DNA of 64,000 nucleotides from Vulcanimicrobiota bacterium (GTDB lineage: Bacteria > Vulcanimicrobiota > Vulcanimicrobiia > Vulcanimicrobiales > Vulcanimicrobiaceae): the NCBI GenBank assembly GCA_963812155.1, contig CAWETW010000003.1:672001-736000 (forward strand). Direction: 5' to 3'. Position numbers and translations under genes: made by a program. Below the pieces are notes generated by a model. That model ran no database searches. It was not told the origin of the DNA and saw nothing but the letters and a program-made list of their open reading frames with translations. Each line of letters starts with the position of its first letter. The stretch's first letter is position 1. Of the stretch, positions 1-9,462 are shown in pieces.

Positions 1-179
1 GCCGCCGCGTTCTCGGCAAAGAGACGCAGCGACTCCTCGGCGTCTTCGGCACGGCGCCGCACCGGCGACTCGTCGGCGGCGTCGGCGGCACGCGCGAGTT
101 CGCGCTTGGCGCGGATGCGCGTCGCCGCGGCGACGATTGGATTTTCCCCCGTAAAGTCCGGGTCCATCGGGTCGGGCAT
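1..179 (-). CDS. hypothetical protein, N-terminal part (runs off window start)
   Basis: ATG at 179 with purine-rich GAAAGG upstream; open frame MPDPMDPDFTGENPIVAAATRIRAKRELARAAD... to the window edge with GC3-rich codons. Confidence 0.6.
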   Translation of the reverse strand, partial: MPDPMDPDFTGENPIVAAATRIRAKRELARAADAADESPVRRRAEDAEESLRLFAENAA

Positions 180-260
180 TGCGTTTCTGCCTTTCTCCAC
201 GATGCGGGACGAGGCCCGGTGATGAGCGAAATGTCGGCGCTCCGGAGGTTCCTTCGTCTC

Positions 261-1637
261 ATGAAATACGCCGCGTCGTTGTGTTTTGCGCTCGCATTAG
301 TCATTGCGGCGTGCGCCGGGCCGCAACAAGGTGCAACGGTACCCTACGGCAGGGAGCGCTCGCTCGCGTTGCGGCACGGTGGGCGCTTTCCGACGCCGAT
401 TCAGCACGTCATCATCGTCTTTCAAGAAAACCGGACGCCCGATTATCTCTTTCAGGGCATGCTGCCGTATGGTGCGAACATTGCAACGACGGCGGTGGAT
501 TCGCTTGGAGATCCCGTACCGCTCAAACCGATCTCACTGGCGGCTCCCTACGACTTGGGTCACAGCCATCCGAATTTTCTCGACGATTGCGACCTGCAGC
601 CGACCAACACGTGCAAGATGGACGGGTTCGACAGCTACCTTCCGGTGAAGTACCATCTGCGACCGTACGGCTACGCGCCGCAGTCCGAAGTGCAGCCGTA
701 TCTCGATATGGCGACGCAGTACGTGTTCGCCGACAACATGTTTCAGTCGAACGAAGCCGGCAGTTTTCCCGCGCACCAATATATCATCGGCGGCGACGCG
801 TATGCCGAGCCGGAGACGATGGACGACGTTTCGAGCGATCCGTACAACAGCAAAACGGGTCGAAAAACGCCCGCCGGATGCGACGCGCCGGTGCAGGCCG
901 TGGTCGACACGATCGATCCCGTCACCGGCTCGCCGGGCCCGTCGCCGTTCCCGTGCTTCGAGCATCAAACGCTCTCCGATTTGCTCGACAATCGCGGCAT
1001 CTCGTGGAAGTATTACCAAAACGGAATGGGAGCGGGACTTTGGCACGGACCGGATGCGATCCATCACATCCGCTACGGCCCCGACTATCGCTTCGTCGTG
1101 ACGCCGCCGCAGACGATCCTCACCGATATTGCCAGCGGAAAGTTGCCGGGAATGTCGTGGCTGATGCCGGCTGACGGTTATCATTCCGACCACGCCGGCA
1201 ACAAGAGCATCGCGGGGCCGTCATGGGTAGCGGCAGTCGTCAACGCGGTCGGACAGAGCCAGTACTGGAACTCGACCGCAATTCTCATTACATGGGACGA
1301 TTGGGGCGGGTGGTACGATCACGTGCAGCCGGTGCTGTTCAATACCTACGAACTCGGATTCCGAGTTCCGCTGGTGGTCATTTCGCCCTACGCGAAGATG
1401 AACTCACCCAGCGGCGGCGGATACGTTTCACACGTGCAGTACGAGTTCGGCAGTCTGCTCGCGTTTGCCGAGGAGACGTTCGCAATCCCAAAGGGATCTC
1501 TCAAGTCGACCGACGTGCGCGCCAACGATCTGTCCGATGCGTTCGATTTTACGCAATCCCCGCGGCCGTTCGTGGTCATCAGCGCGCCGCCGTTCGTTCC
1601 GGGCAAAGGCTCACTAAAGGACGAAGAGGATCCTTAA
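261..1637 (+). CDS. phospholipase C / phosphoesterase (alkaline phosphatase superfamily) lipoprotein
   Basis: IQHVIIVFQENRTPD, SFPAHQY, ITWDDWGGWYDHV and GFRVPLVVISPYAK motifs; lipobox IAAC; GGAGG RBS before ATG 261. Confidence 0.9.
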   Translation: MKYAASLCFALALVIAACAGPQQGATVPYGRERSLALRHGGRFPTPIQHVIIVFQENRTPDYLFQGMLPYGANIATTAVDSLGDPVPLKPISLAAPYDLGHSHPNFLDDCDLQPTNTCKMDGFDSYLPVKYHLRPYGYAPQSEVQPYLDMATQYVFADNMFQSNEAGSFPAHQYIIGGDAYAEPETMDDVSSDPYNSKTGRKTPAGCDAPVQAVVDTIDPVTGSPGPSPFPCFEHQTLSDLLDNRGISWKYYQNGMGAGLWHGPDAIHHIRYGPDYRFVVTPPQTILTDIASGKLPGMSWLMPADGYHSDHAGNKSIAGPSWVAAVVNAVGQSQYWNSTAILITWDDWGGWYDHVQPVLFNTYELGFRVPLVVISPYAKMNSPSGGGYVSHVQYEFGSLLAFAEETFAIPKGSLKSTDVRANDLSDAFDFTQSPRPFVVISAPPFVPGKGSLKDEEDP

Positions 1638-1739
1638 GAAAGGTCCGATTTATTCCAAATCGAGGAAGCGAGGGTTGAAGTTTGCTATGGCAAATAAGAC
1701 CCGAGCTGACGACGAGTTGGGAGAAATCAGGCCTTTCTT
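1636..1739 (+). repeat. 104-bp structured intergenic element, copy 1 (long imperfect hairpin)
   Basis: 27-bp imperfect terminal stem plus inner stems; 85/104 identical (hand alignment) to the reverse complement of 4819-4922; fills the whole gap between two convergent stop codons. Confidence 0.9.
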
Positions 1740-2910
1740 ACTTGCCTTTGCCGACGAGGTTGCGGGATATGACAAGGCGCTGAATCTGTTGCGTGCCTTC
1801 GTAGATTTGCGTGATCTTCGCGTCGCGCATCATGCGCTCCACCGGATACTCGACCGAATAGCCGAATCCGCCGAGAATTTGCACGGCATCGGTGGTGACC
1901 GACATCGCGACGTCGCCGCATTTGAGTTTCGCCATCGCCGCCCATAGCGTGACGTCGGGACCGCCCGCATCGCAACGCCGGGCCGCTTCGTAAAGAAGCA
2001 GCCGAGCTGCTTCGACTTCCGTCTTCATGTCGGCGAGCATGAACCCAATGCCCTGATGCTGGCCGATCGGCTTGCCGAATGCGAACCGCTCCTTGGCATA
2101 GTTGGTGGCGTACTCGAGGGCGCCGGCGGCAATGCCGAGCGCCTGCGCCGCGATGCCGGGCCGGGACTTGTCGAGCACGCGCATCGCAATTTTGAATCCC
2201 TCGCCTTCCTCGCCCAGACGGTTGGCCGCCGGCACGCGACAGTCGTTGAACACGAGTTCGACTGTGGGTGAGCCGCGGATACCCATTTTTTTCTCGAGTT
2301 TGCCGACGGCGAATCCGGGCGCACTTTTTTCGACCACGAACGCGCTGACGCCGCGCGATCCCGCATCGGGATCGGTGACCGCGAAGACGCAGACGACGTC
2401 GGCGACGCTGCCGTTGGTAATCCAAATCTTCTGACCGTTGAGCAGATAGTCGTCGCCGTCGCGCACCGCGCGCGTACGCATCGAGCCGAGGGCATCGGAA
2501 CCGCTGGAGACTTCGGTGAGCGCGTAAGCGACGAGATGCTCCCCGGAAGCGATTTTTGGGAGAAAGCGCTGTTTCTGTTCTTCGCTGCCGGCGATCATGA
2601 TCGGCAGCATGCCGAGCTCTTGCACGGCGACGATCAGCGAACTCGACGCACACGCTTTGGCGACCTCTTCGACGACTTTCACGTACGTGAGGAAAGTGCC
2701 GCCGAGGCCGCCGTACTCGGCGGGAATCGGTACGCCGAGCAGATCGTTCTGCGCGAAAAGTTCCTTGACGTCCCATGGAAACTCGCCGTTTTCGTCGATC
2801 GCGGCGGCGCGGGGCGCGACGCGCTCCGCAACGAGTTCGCGGACGACCGAGAGCATCAGCTCCTCTTCGTCGCCGGTATGGGTGTCGGTTAGCGGTGCGG
2901 TCGTCGTCAT
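1738..2910 (-). CDS. acyl-CoA dehydrogenase
   Basis: AYALTE..SGSDA, LNGQKIWITNG, KMGIRGSPT, RFAFGKPIGQHQ and RDAKITQIYEGT motifs; AGGAGAG RBS before ATG 2910. Confidence 0.95.
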   Translation of the reverse strand: MTTTAPLTDTHTGDEEELMLSVVRELVAERVAPRAAAIDENGEFPWDVKELFAQNDLLGVPIPAEYGGLGGTFLTYVKVVEEVAKACASSSLIVAVQELGMLPIMIAGSEEQKQRFLPKIASGEHLVAYALTEVSSGSDALGSMRTRAVRDGDDYLLNGQKIWITNGSVADVVCVFAVTDPDAGSRGVSAFVVEKSAPGFAVGKLEKKMGIRGSPTVELVFNDCRVPAANRLGEEGEGFKIAMRVLDKSRPGIAAQALGIAAGALEYATNYAKERFAFGKPIGQHQGIGFMLADMKTEVEAARLLLYEAARRCDAGGPDVTLWAAMAKLKCGDVAMSVTTDAVQILGGFGYSVEYPVERMMRDAKITQIYEGTQQIQRLVISRNLVGKGK

Positions 2911-2999
2911 GCGTACTCTCCTGACGAGCGCGACTTCGCGTTGCGGCCCGGCGATTCTTTGGCAGGACGACGGAGCGACTCCCCGCATACTGGCGGATC

Positions 3000-3755
3000 A
3001 TGGAGAAAGTCTTCGCATCGTGCGCCGATGCGGTCGCCGACATTCCTAACGGGGCCTCGCTGGCGGTCGGCGGCTTCGGCCTGAGCGGCATCCCGCACAA
3101 CTTGATCGAGGCGCTGCTCGAACAGGGAGCCGGCGGCCTCGTCACCGTCTCGAACAACTGCGGCGTCGACGGATGGGGGCTTGGAGTCTTGCTCGACCAC
3201 AAGCGAATCCGCCGGACCACCGGCTCCTACGTCGGAGAGAACCGCGAGTTCGAACGGCAATATCTTTCGGGCGAACTCGAGGTCGAACTCTGCCCGCAAG
3301 GCACGCTGGCCGAGCGCCTCCGCGCGGGCGGCTGCGGCATTCCGGCGTTTTACACGTCGGCCGGCGACGGCACGATGGTCGCGGACGGCGGCCTGCCGTG
3401 GCGCTACAATGCCGACGGCAGCGTCGCGATCGCTTCGCCGAAGAAGGAGACCCGCGTCTTCGGAGGCCGCGAGTACGTGCTCGAAGAGGGCATCGTCTGC
3501 GATTTTGCGCTGGTGCGCGCGTCGGTCGGCGATCGCGACGGAAACCTCATCTTCCACAAGGCGACGCGCAACTTCAATCCGCTGTGCGCTATGGCGGGCC
3601 GCGCGACCATCGCCGAGGTCGAGGAACTGGTCGAACCCGGCGACATCGCTCCCGACAACGTGCATCTGCCGGGCATCTTCGTTCAACGCATCGTCCGCGT
3701 GGGATCGCAGGGCAAACGCATCGAGCGCGTCACGACGCGCAAGCGAGCGGGGTAA
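3000..3755 (+). CDS. scoA: 3-oxoacid CoA-transferase subunit A
   Basis: [51 protein letters not shown] and NFNP motifs. Confidence 0.9.
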   Translation: MEKVFASCADAVADIPNGASLAVGGFGLSGIPHNLIEALLEQGAGGLVTVSNNCGVDGWGLGVLLDHKRIRRTTGSYVGENREFERQYLSGELEVELCPQGTLAERLRAGGCGIPAFYTSAGDGTMVADGGLPWRYNADGSVAIASPKKETRVFGGREYVLEEGIVCDFALVRASVGDRDGNLIFHKATRNFNPLCAMAGRATIAEVEELVEPGDIAPDNVHLPGIFVQRIVRVGSQGKRIERVTTRKRAG

Positions 3756-3760
3756 TCGCA

Positions 3761-4429
3761 ATGGCTCTTACTCGAACGCAACTTGCGGCGCGCGTGGCCC
3801 AGGAACTGCGCGACGGTCAATACGTCAATCTCGGCATCGGATTGCCCACGTTGATCCCGAACTACGTGCCGCCCGGCGTCACCGTGACGCTGCAGAGCGA
3901 GAACGGCATTCTCGGCATGGGCCCGTATCCGTTCGAAGGCGAGGAAGAAGCCGACCTGATCAATGCAGGCAAGGAGACGGTTACGGTGTTGCCGGGCGCG
4001 TCGTTCTTCGATTCGGCGCTGTCGTTCGGCATGATTCGCGGCGGACACATCGATCTCGCAGTGCTGGGCGCGATGCAGGTCTCCGAAACCGGCGACCTCG
4101 CAAACTGGATGATTCCCGGCAAAATGGTCAAGGGCATGGGCGGCGCAATGGATCTCGTGCACGGCGCCAAGCGCGTCATCGTAATGATGGAGCACGTCGC
4201 CAAGGGAGGCGCCCATAAAATCGTTCGCCGTTGCACGCTGCCGCTCACGGGGAAAAACGTCGTGCATCGCATCATCACCGATATGGGAGCGATGGATATC
4301 ACGCCCGACGGTCTCGTGCTTCGTGAGTTGGCGCCGGGGGTTTCCCTGGAAGAAATTCGGCAAGCAACCGAACCGGAACTTCACGTGCCCGTCGATCCGA
4401 TCGTCATGGACGTTCCCGGCAGCGCATAA
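3761..4429 (+). CDS. scoB: 3-oxoacid CoA-transferase subunit B
   Basis: [10 protein letters not shown], catalytic [12 protein letters not shown] and GMGGAMDLV motifs; directly after subunit A. Confidence 0.9.
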   Translation: MALTRTQLAARVAQELRDGQYVNLGIGLPTLIPNYVPPGVTVTLQSENGILGMGPYPFEGEEEADLINAGKETVTVLPGASFFDSALSFGMIRGGHIDLAVLGAMQVSETGDLANWMIPGKMVKGMGGAMDLVHGAKRVIVMMEHVAKGGAHKIVRRCTLPLTGKNVVHRIITDMGAMDITPDGLVLRELAPGVSLEEIRQATEPELHVPVDPIVMDVPGSA

Positions 4430-4553
4430 AACATACGTTAGAGGGTACTTAGAACCGCCGGGATTCACGGTGCGGCGACGAACGGAAGGCGCTCGTACCG
4501 CGTTAAGACGGTACCAACGAATCTCGTCACTTCGCAATCCGGAGGAAACTTGC

Positions 4554-4820
4554 ATGACACGACTCATTTCCAAGCTCGGGCTGGCCCCGCTGATCTTCGC
4601 TTTCGGTCTCATCGCCGGCGGCGCGCTGATGGGCACCGCGCTCGCCGTCACGCAGCCGCACATGCAGAACGCGCTCTCGGCGCTGCAGACGGCGCAATAC
4701 GAACTATCGCACGCGAATGCCGACAAGGGTGGCCATCGCGACGCAGCGCTCAACTCCACCAACCAAGCGATCCAGCAGGTTCGTCAAGGCATTCAGTACG
4801 CCAACTACTACCACCGTTAA
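4554..4820 (+). CDS. small secreted helical protein (QPHM...GGHR motif)
   Basis: GGAGG RBS; hydrophobic signal peptide ending ALA; QPHMQNALSAL...DKGGHRDAAL. Confidence 0.8.
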   Translation: MTRLISKLGLAPLIFAFGLIAGGALMGTALAVTQPHMQNALSALQTAQYELSHANADKGGHRDAALNSTNQAIQQVRQGIQYANYYHR

Positions 4821-4922
4821 GGAAGCTCTGATTTATCCCAACTCGTCGTCAACTCGGGCCTCATTTACCACAGTAAACTTCGGCCCTCGTTTCCTAGATT
4901 TGAAATAAATCAGCGCTTCCTT
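4819..4922 (-). repeat. 104-bp structured intergenic element, copy 2 (inverted relative to copy 1)
   Basis: Terminal IR aaggaagctctgatttat/ataaatcagcgcttcctt (1 mismatch); homologous to 1636-1739; overlaps the TAA of the upstream gene. Confidence 0.9.
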
Positions 4923-4948
4923 GGATTCACACTGAAGCCGACGCCCGC

Positions 4949-4975
4949 GACCGCGCTTACACCGTAAGCGCGGTC
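4949..4975. terminator. perfect 12-bp hairpin between convergent genes
   Basis: gaccgcgcttac-acc-gtaagcgcggtc. Confidence 0.6.
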
Positions 4976-4976
4976 T

Positions 4977-5425
4977 TCATTCACAGTGGACGCCCCCTTG
5001 GAACATCGCGGCACGGATGGCGAGCCGCTGCGCATCGTCTAAGTCGGGATCGGCGTACAAGTCGGCGGTCACCATGTGAAAGACGTATGCCTCCTGCACG
5101 GTCGGCGCTTCGTTGCACGGCATTTGCCAGAAGCGAACGAAATAGCGCACGCGCCAGCCGATCCCGCCGTTCGCGAACGAGCCGAGGCTGCCGTCGGCGC
5201 GATCGCACGCGACGAGTTCGTCGAAGTCCGCATCGACGGGTTTGCAGCGCGTAGAAACCGCGGCGCGCACGAGCGGTGACGCGGCCTCCGGCTGCAGTGC
5301 TCCGAAACTGGGCCGGCCGGTTGACCCCGCGTAACTGCAGCCGGCGAGCGTGAGCGCCGTCGCGGCGGCGGGGCGGCGGCGTAAAGGCGTGCGGGCCTTA
5401 CAAAGAGATCCACAATCGGTACCAT
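4977..5425 (-). CDS. hypothetical lipoprotein (one apparent frameshift near 5371)
   Basis: AGAGGA RBS and ATG 5425 give MVPIVDLFVRPARLYAAA; a 1-nt shift in the gccgccgcccc run continues AAATALTLAGC (lipobox) into ORF 4977..5270. Confidence 0.6.
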
Positions 5426-5443
5426 GCGCGGCGGTCCTCTCAA

Positions 5444-5471
5444 AGCAGCAAGCGCAAGGGCGCTTGCTGCT
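5444..5471 (-). terminator. hairpin downstream of the ABC exporter
   Basis: agcagcaagcgc-aagg-gcgcttgctgct 12-bp perfect stem, only a very short T run on the minus strand. Confidence 0.5.
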
Positions 5472-5567
5472 CCCATGGTCTCTCTTGGGCCGACCCGGCG
5501 TACACCGACGTTTGGGCGGCCGACCCGCACGTTTGCCGCTACGGGTCCTTTGTATGGGTGCCGCGGC

Positions 5568-7382
5568 TCAGGATGAGACCGCGAGGTCGCGGAACTGCGT
5601 GCGGTACAGTCGCGCGTACAAGCCGCCGCGCGCCAGCAGCTCGGCGTGGCGTCCGGTTTCGACGATGCGGCCGCCGTCGACGACGAAGATCTTGTCGGCC
5701 GCGAGAATCGTGGAGAGACGGTGCGCAATGACGAGACTCGTGCGTCCGCGCATCGCCGTGACGAGCGCGGCTTGAATGGCCGCCTCATTTTCCGAATCGA
5801 GCGAACTGGTCGCTTCGTCTAAGATGAGAATGCGCGGATCTTTTAGCAGCACGCGCGCGATCGCTAGACGCTGGCGCTCGCCGCCGGAGAGCTTGTGCCC
5901 GCGCTCGCCGACGACGGTTTCGTATCCGTCGCGAAGTGAGATGATGAAATCGTGGATGTTGGCCGCGCGCGCAGCGACGGCGATTTCGGTGTCGGTCGCC
6001 CCGGGTTTCCCGTAGCGCAGATTGTTCGCGACCGTGTCGTGAAAAAGATAGGTCTCCTGCGTGACGATGCCCACGTTGCGCCGCAGCGACTCGAGATCGA
6101 TCGTACGCACGTCGTGCCCGTCGACGAGCACCCGGCCGCTCTGCGGATCGTAAAAGCGCGGAACGAGCTGAGTGATCGTCGTCTTGCCCGCGCCCGACGG
6201 ACCGACGAATGCAACCGCATCCCCGGCGTTGACGTGGAACGAGACGTTCTCGAGAACCGTTCGCGACGGCGCGTCGTAGGAGAAGGTGACGTCCTCGAAG
6301 GTAATCTCGCCGCGCACCGCGGCGAGCGAAACGGCGCCCTTGGGTTCGTATTCCTCAGGCTTCATGTCGAGATAGTCGAAAATCCGTTCGAAGACCGCGA
6401 GCGCGCTGACGATTTGCACCTGAATTCCGGCAAGCGCCGCCGCCGGACCGTACAAACGCCCTTGAATGAACGAGACGAAGGCCACGATAACGCCGACTTG
6501 CAAGCTGCCCGCGATGGCGTACCAGCCGCCGCCGAACCATACCAGCGCCGGCCCGACGATCACCATCGCCGTGACCGACGCGAGGAACCAGCGCCCGACC
6601 ATCGCGAGATCGATCTCGAGCTGCATCAGTCGAGTGCCGACCTCGTAGAACCGGGCCCGTTCGTACGCCTCCCGCGCGAACGATTTGATCAGCGTGATGC
6701 CGCTGATGGACAGCGTCTCTTGCGTGATCGACTCGATCTGGTCGCGCTTCACGCGCGTCTTTTTGCGCACGTCGTACATGCGGCGGCCGACCGGCCCGAG
6801 CGGAATGACCATCAGCGGAACGATCGCGATCGAGATCAGCGCCAGCCGCCAGTTCCAGACGAACATGGCCGCCAGCGTCGACAAGATGAGGACGACGTTG
6901 GTGACGATCGACGTCAGCGTACCCGTGACGACATTGTCGACGTTGTCGACGTCGTTGCTGACGCGGTTCATGATTTCGCCGGTTTTGGTACCGGTAAAGA
7001 AGGAGAGAGGCATGCGGTGGAGATGCGCGACCAGCTCCGTGCGAATATCGCGCATGATGCCCTCGCCGACGAACGAGTTCAGAAATCCCTGAACGACGCC
7101 CAGCAGTGCGGCAAGCAACGCGGACGCCAAAATGACGCCGACGTCGATGCCGAGTTCGGTAAGGTTGCGCCGCGGTATCGCGACGTCGATGATGCGCGCC
7201 GTCATGAAACCAGGGGCGAGGCCCAGCACCGATGCAACGACGATGCACGCGAGCACCATCGTCTGCTGGATCCAGTAGGGCGCGAACAGGCGCCCCATCC
7301 GTTTCCAGTCGACGCGGCGCCGGATCTCGGGTTTGTCGGGCCGGTACATGGCGGACCACATCAGCCCGTGCCCGCTCATCAT
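5568..7382 (-). CDS. ABC exporter, fused TMD-NBD (MsbA/MdlB-like)
   Basis: N-terminal TM helices; Walker A GPSGAGKT, signature LSGGERQR, Walker B ILILDEATS, H-loop AHRLST. Confidence 0.95.
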   Translation of the reverse strand: MMSGHGLMWSAMYRPDKPEIRRRVDWKRMGRLFAPYWIQQTMVLACIVVASVLGLAPGFMTARIIDVAIPRRNLTELGIDVGVILASALLAALLGVVQGFLNSFVGEGIMRDIRTELVAHLHRMPLSFFTGTKTGEIMNRVSNDVDNVDNVVTGTLTSIVTNVVLILSTLAAMFVWNWRLALISIAIVPLMVIPLGPVGRRMYDVRKKTRVKRDQIESITQETLSISGITLIKSFAREAYERARFYEVGTRLMQLEIDLAMVGRWFLASVTAMVIVGPALVWFGGGWYAIAGSLQVGVIVAFVSFIQGRLYGPAAALAGIQVQIVSALAVFERIFDYLDMKPEEYEPKGAVSLAAVRGEITFEDVTFSYDAPSRTVLENVSFHVNAGDAVAFVGPSGAGKTTITQLVPRFYDPQSGRVLVDGHDVRTIDLESLRRNVGIVTQETYLFHDTVANNLRYGKPGATDTEIAVAARAANIHDFIISLRDGYETVVGERGHKLSGGERQRLAIARVLLKDPRILILDEATSSLDSENEAAIQAALVTAMRGRTSLVIAHRLSTILAADKIFVVDGGRIVETGRHAELLARGGLYARLYRTQFRDLAVSS

Positions 7383-7406
7383 GGCGCTACTACTCGGCAG
7401 CCGCCC

Positions 7407-7775
7407 CTAGTGCGGGACGGTGATTTGATGGAGCGAGACCTTGTTGCCCTCGAGGTCGTTGAAGGATGCGATCTTGCAAACCGGGGTTGCGTAGGGGTCC
7501 TCGGCATCGACGCCATTGGCGCGCAGATCGGCGACCGTTTTGTCGATATCGTCGACCTCGAAGACGACGCCCGACGCGCTACCGGGATCGCGCTGCATCC
7601 ACTCATGCGTCATGATGCTGAAATAGCCGCCGTTGATGTTGCTTTGATTGTACTTTTCGATGCCGTCCTCTTCGTACGGACCGTCGAACTTGAGTCCGAG
7701 CTTATCCTCGTACCACTTGCGCATCGTGGCGACGTCTTTTGAGGGGTACGCGGTAAACGCAATTTCTTTAATCAT
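7407..7775 (-). CDS. VOC/glyoxalase family protein
   Basis: KWYEDKLGL, VVFEVDDID and FNDLEGNKVSLHQ pattern; AAGGA RBS. Confidence 0.85.
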   Translation of the reverse strand: MIKEIAFTAYPSKDVATMRKWYEDKLGLKFDGPYEEDGIEKYNQSNINGGYFSIMTHEWMQRDPGSASGVVFEVDDIDKTVADLRANGVDAEDPYATPVCKIASFNDLEGNKVSLHQITVPH

Positions 7776-7832
7776 GGAGTTCCTTTCTTTAGGGCGCCTC
7801 CGCTCGGGATGACACGGGCGGTGATGCGTGGC

Positions 7833-8849
7833 TTATGACATCGTGCCGTCGCGGAGGGATGCGAGTTCCTTGAAAAGTTTTTTCTCTTTGTCGCTGAGAT
7901 TCTGCGGAAGCCGGCCGACCAGTCTGACGTACTGATCCCCGCTGCCGCCGCCTTTCACGCGCGGCATGCCCTTTCCCGAAAGGCGCAGCAGACGATTGTT
8001 CTGCGTACCTTCGGGGATCGTCATCGCCACCTGACCGCCGAGCGTCGGCACCTTCACCTCGCCGCCGAGCAGCAAATCGTAGATGCTGACCGGCAGGTCG
8101 ACGTAGAGATCGTCGCCTTTTCGGCGGTACGTCTCGTCCTCGGGCGACTTTACGATGAGGTAGAGATCGCCGTTGGGACCGCCGTTGACGCCGGCGCCGC
8201 CTTGACCGGCGAGACGAATGCGCTGCCCTTCACCGATGCCTTTGGGGATCGTGACGTCGAACTTCTTGACGCCCAAGACTCGGCCGGTGCCGTGGCATTG
8301 CAGGCAGAGACGTCCGGCTTCGGTGCCGGTGCCGTGGCAGCGAGGGCAGACGTCTTCGATTTGCAGCGAGATCGATTTCGTGCCGCCGTCGTAGAGATCG
8401 CGCAGACCCAGTTCGATCGTCGTTTCCAAGTCTTGTCCGCGGTGCGAAAAGCTCGCGGCTCCGCCGGCCTGGCGCCGTCCGACGCCCGTAAAGAACATGT
8501 CGAAGAAATCCGAAAATCCGCTCGGACCGGCGGCGCCGCCTCCGCCGAAGTTTTCGAAGTCGAAGTCCTCGCCGCCCGCGCTGCTCCGGTAGCGCCGCTG
8601 CTGTTCGGCTTGGCGCGCGGCCTGCTGCCAATCCGGCCCGAGCAGATCGTATTTCTTGCGTTTCTCGGCGTCGCCGAGCACTTCGTAGGCCTCGGAGATT
8701 TCTTTGAACTTCTCCTCGGCTTCTTTGACGTTCTGCGGATTGGCGTCGGGATGCCATTTGCGGGCAAGCTTGCGATACGCCGATTTAACGTCTTTCTGCG
8801 CCGCATTTTTCGGGACGCCGAGAATCGCGTAGTAATCTCTGAAATTCAT
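7833..8849 (-). CDS. dnaJ: DnaJ-family co-chaperone with shortened zinc finger
   Basis: J-domain with HPD, G/F region, two CxxCxGxG motifs, DnaJ C-terminal domain; overlaps the grpE stop. Confidence 0.9.
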   Translation of the reverse strand: MNFRDYYAILGVPKNAAQKDVKSAYRKLARKWHPDANPQNVKEAEEKFKEISEAYEVLGDAEKRKKYDLLGPDWQQAARQAEQQRRYRSSAGGEDFDFENFGGGGAAGPSGFSDFFDMFFTGVGRRQAGGAASFSHRGQDLETTIELGLRDLYDGGTKSISLQIEDVCPRCHGTGTEAGRLCLQCHGTGRVLGVKKFDVTIPKGIGEGQRIRLAGQGGAGVNGGPNGDLYLIVKSPEDETYRRKGDDLYVDLPVSIYDLLLGGEVKVPTLGGQVAMTIPEGTQNNRLLRLSGKGMPRVKGGGSGDQYVRLVGRLPQNLSDKEKKLFKELASLRDGTMS

Positions 8850-9379
8850 CCGGCGTTTTTGGCGACGATGACCTTGGCAGGGCGCAGCAGTTCGTCGCCG
8901 AGCGTGTAGCCTTTTTCGGCCACCTCGACGACCGTATCGTCGGCGACGCCTTCGCGCGCATCGGTTCCGATCGCTTCGGCGACGCGAGGATCGAACGGTT
9001 TGTCGAGCACGTCGATCGCCTTGACGCCCTCGCCGGCGAGCACGGCCTCGAAGCCCTTCAACGTTTGTTCGAGACCGCCGCGCAGCTTCTCGCCGCCCGG
9101 CTCTTCGTAGCGCAGTGCGCGTTCGAGATTGTCGAAGACCGGCAGAAAGCGTTCGAGTAAGACTCGCCGTCGTGCCGTTACCATCGACTCGATATCGCGC
9201 CGCATGCGCTTCTTGTAGTTGTCGAAGTCGGCGGTAGCCAGCAAGAACTTGTTGTAGTTTTCGTCGGCTAATGCGTTCGCGGCCGCGAGTTGCGCCTCGA
9301 GCGATTCGCTCTCGGGCGCGGATTCCTCGATGACGGCTTCGCCGGCTTCGGTTTTCAGCACCGATTGATCGTCAAACAT
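8846..9379 (-). CDS. grpE: nucleotide exchange factor GrpE
   Basis: [24 protein letters not shown] and GY...LLRPAKVIV; between dnaK and dnaJ. Confidence 0.95.
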   Translation of the reverse strand: MFDDQSVLKTEAGEAVIEESAPESESLEAQLAAANALADENYNKFLLATADFDNYKKRMRRDIESMVTARRRVLLERFLPVFDNLERALRYEEPGGEKLRGGLEQTLKGFEAVLAGEGVKAIDVLDKPFDPRVAEAIGTDAREGVADDTVVEVAEKGYTLGDELLRPAKVIVAKNAG

Positions 9380-9462
9380 TTGTTCCTACACGTATGGAAT
9401 CGCGCGTCCCGGCGCCGGACGTGTGCCCGGGCCGGGAGCGCGTGAAACGAGCGGCGTGCGCT

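Noticed and set aside
1636..1739. Classical integron attC interpretation of the 104-bp hairpins
   Set aside because: No RYYYAAC/GTTRRRY boxes at the ends, the copies are in opposite orientation around housekeeping genes, and there is no intI
9398..9445. GC hairpin between dnaK and grpE
   Set aside because: Single ordinary intercistronic stem-loop with no second copy
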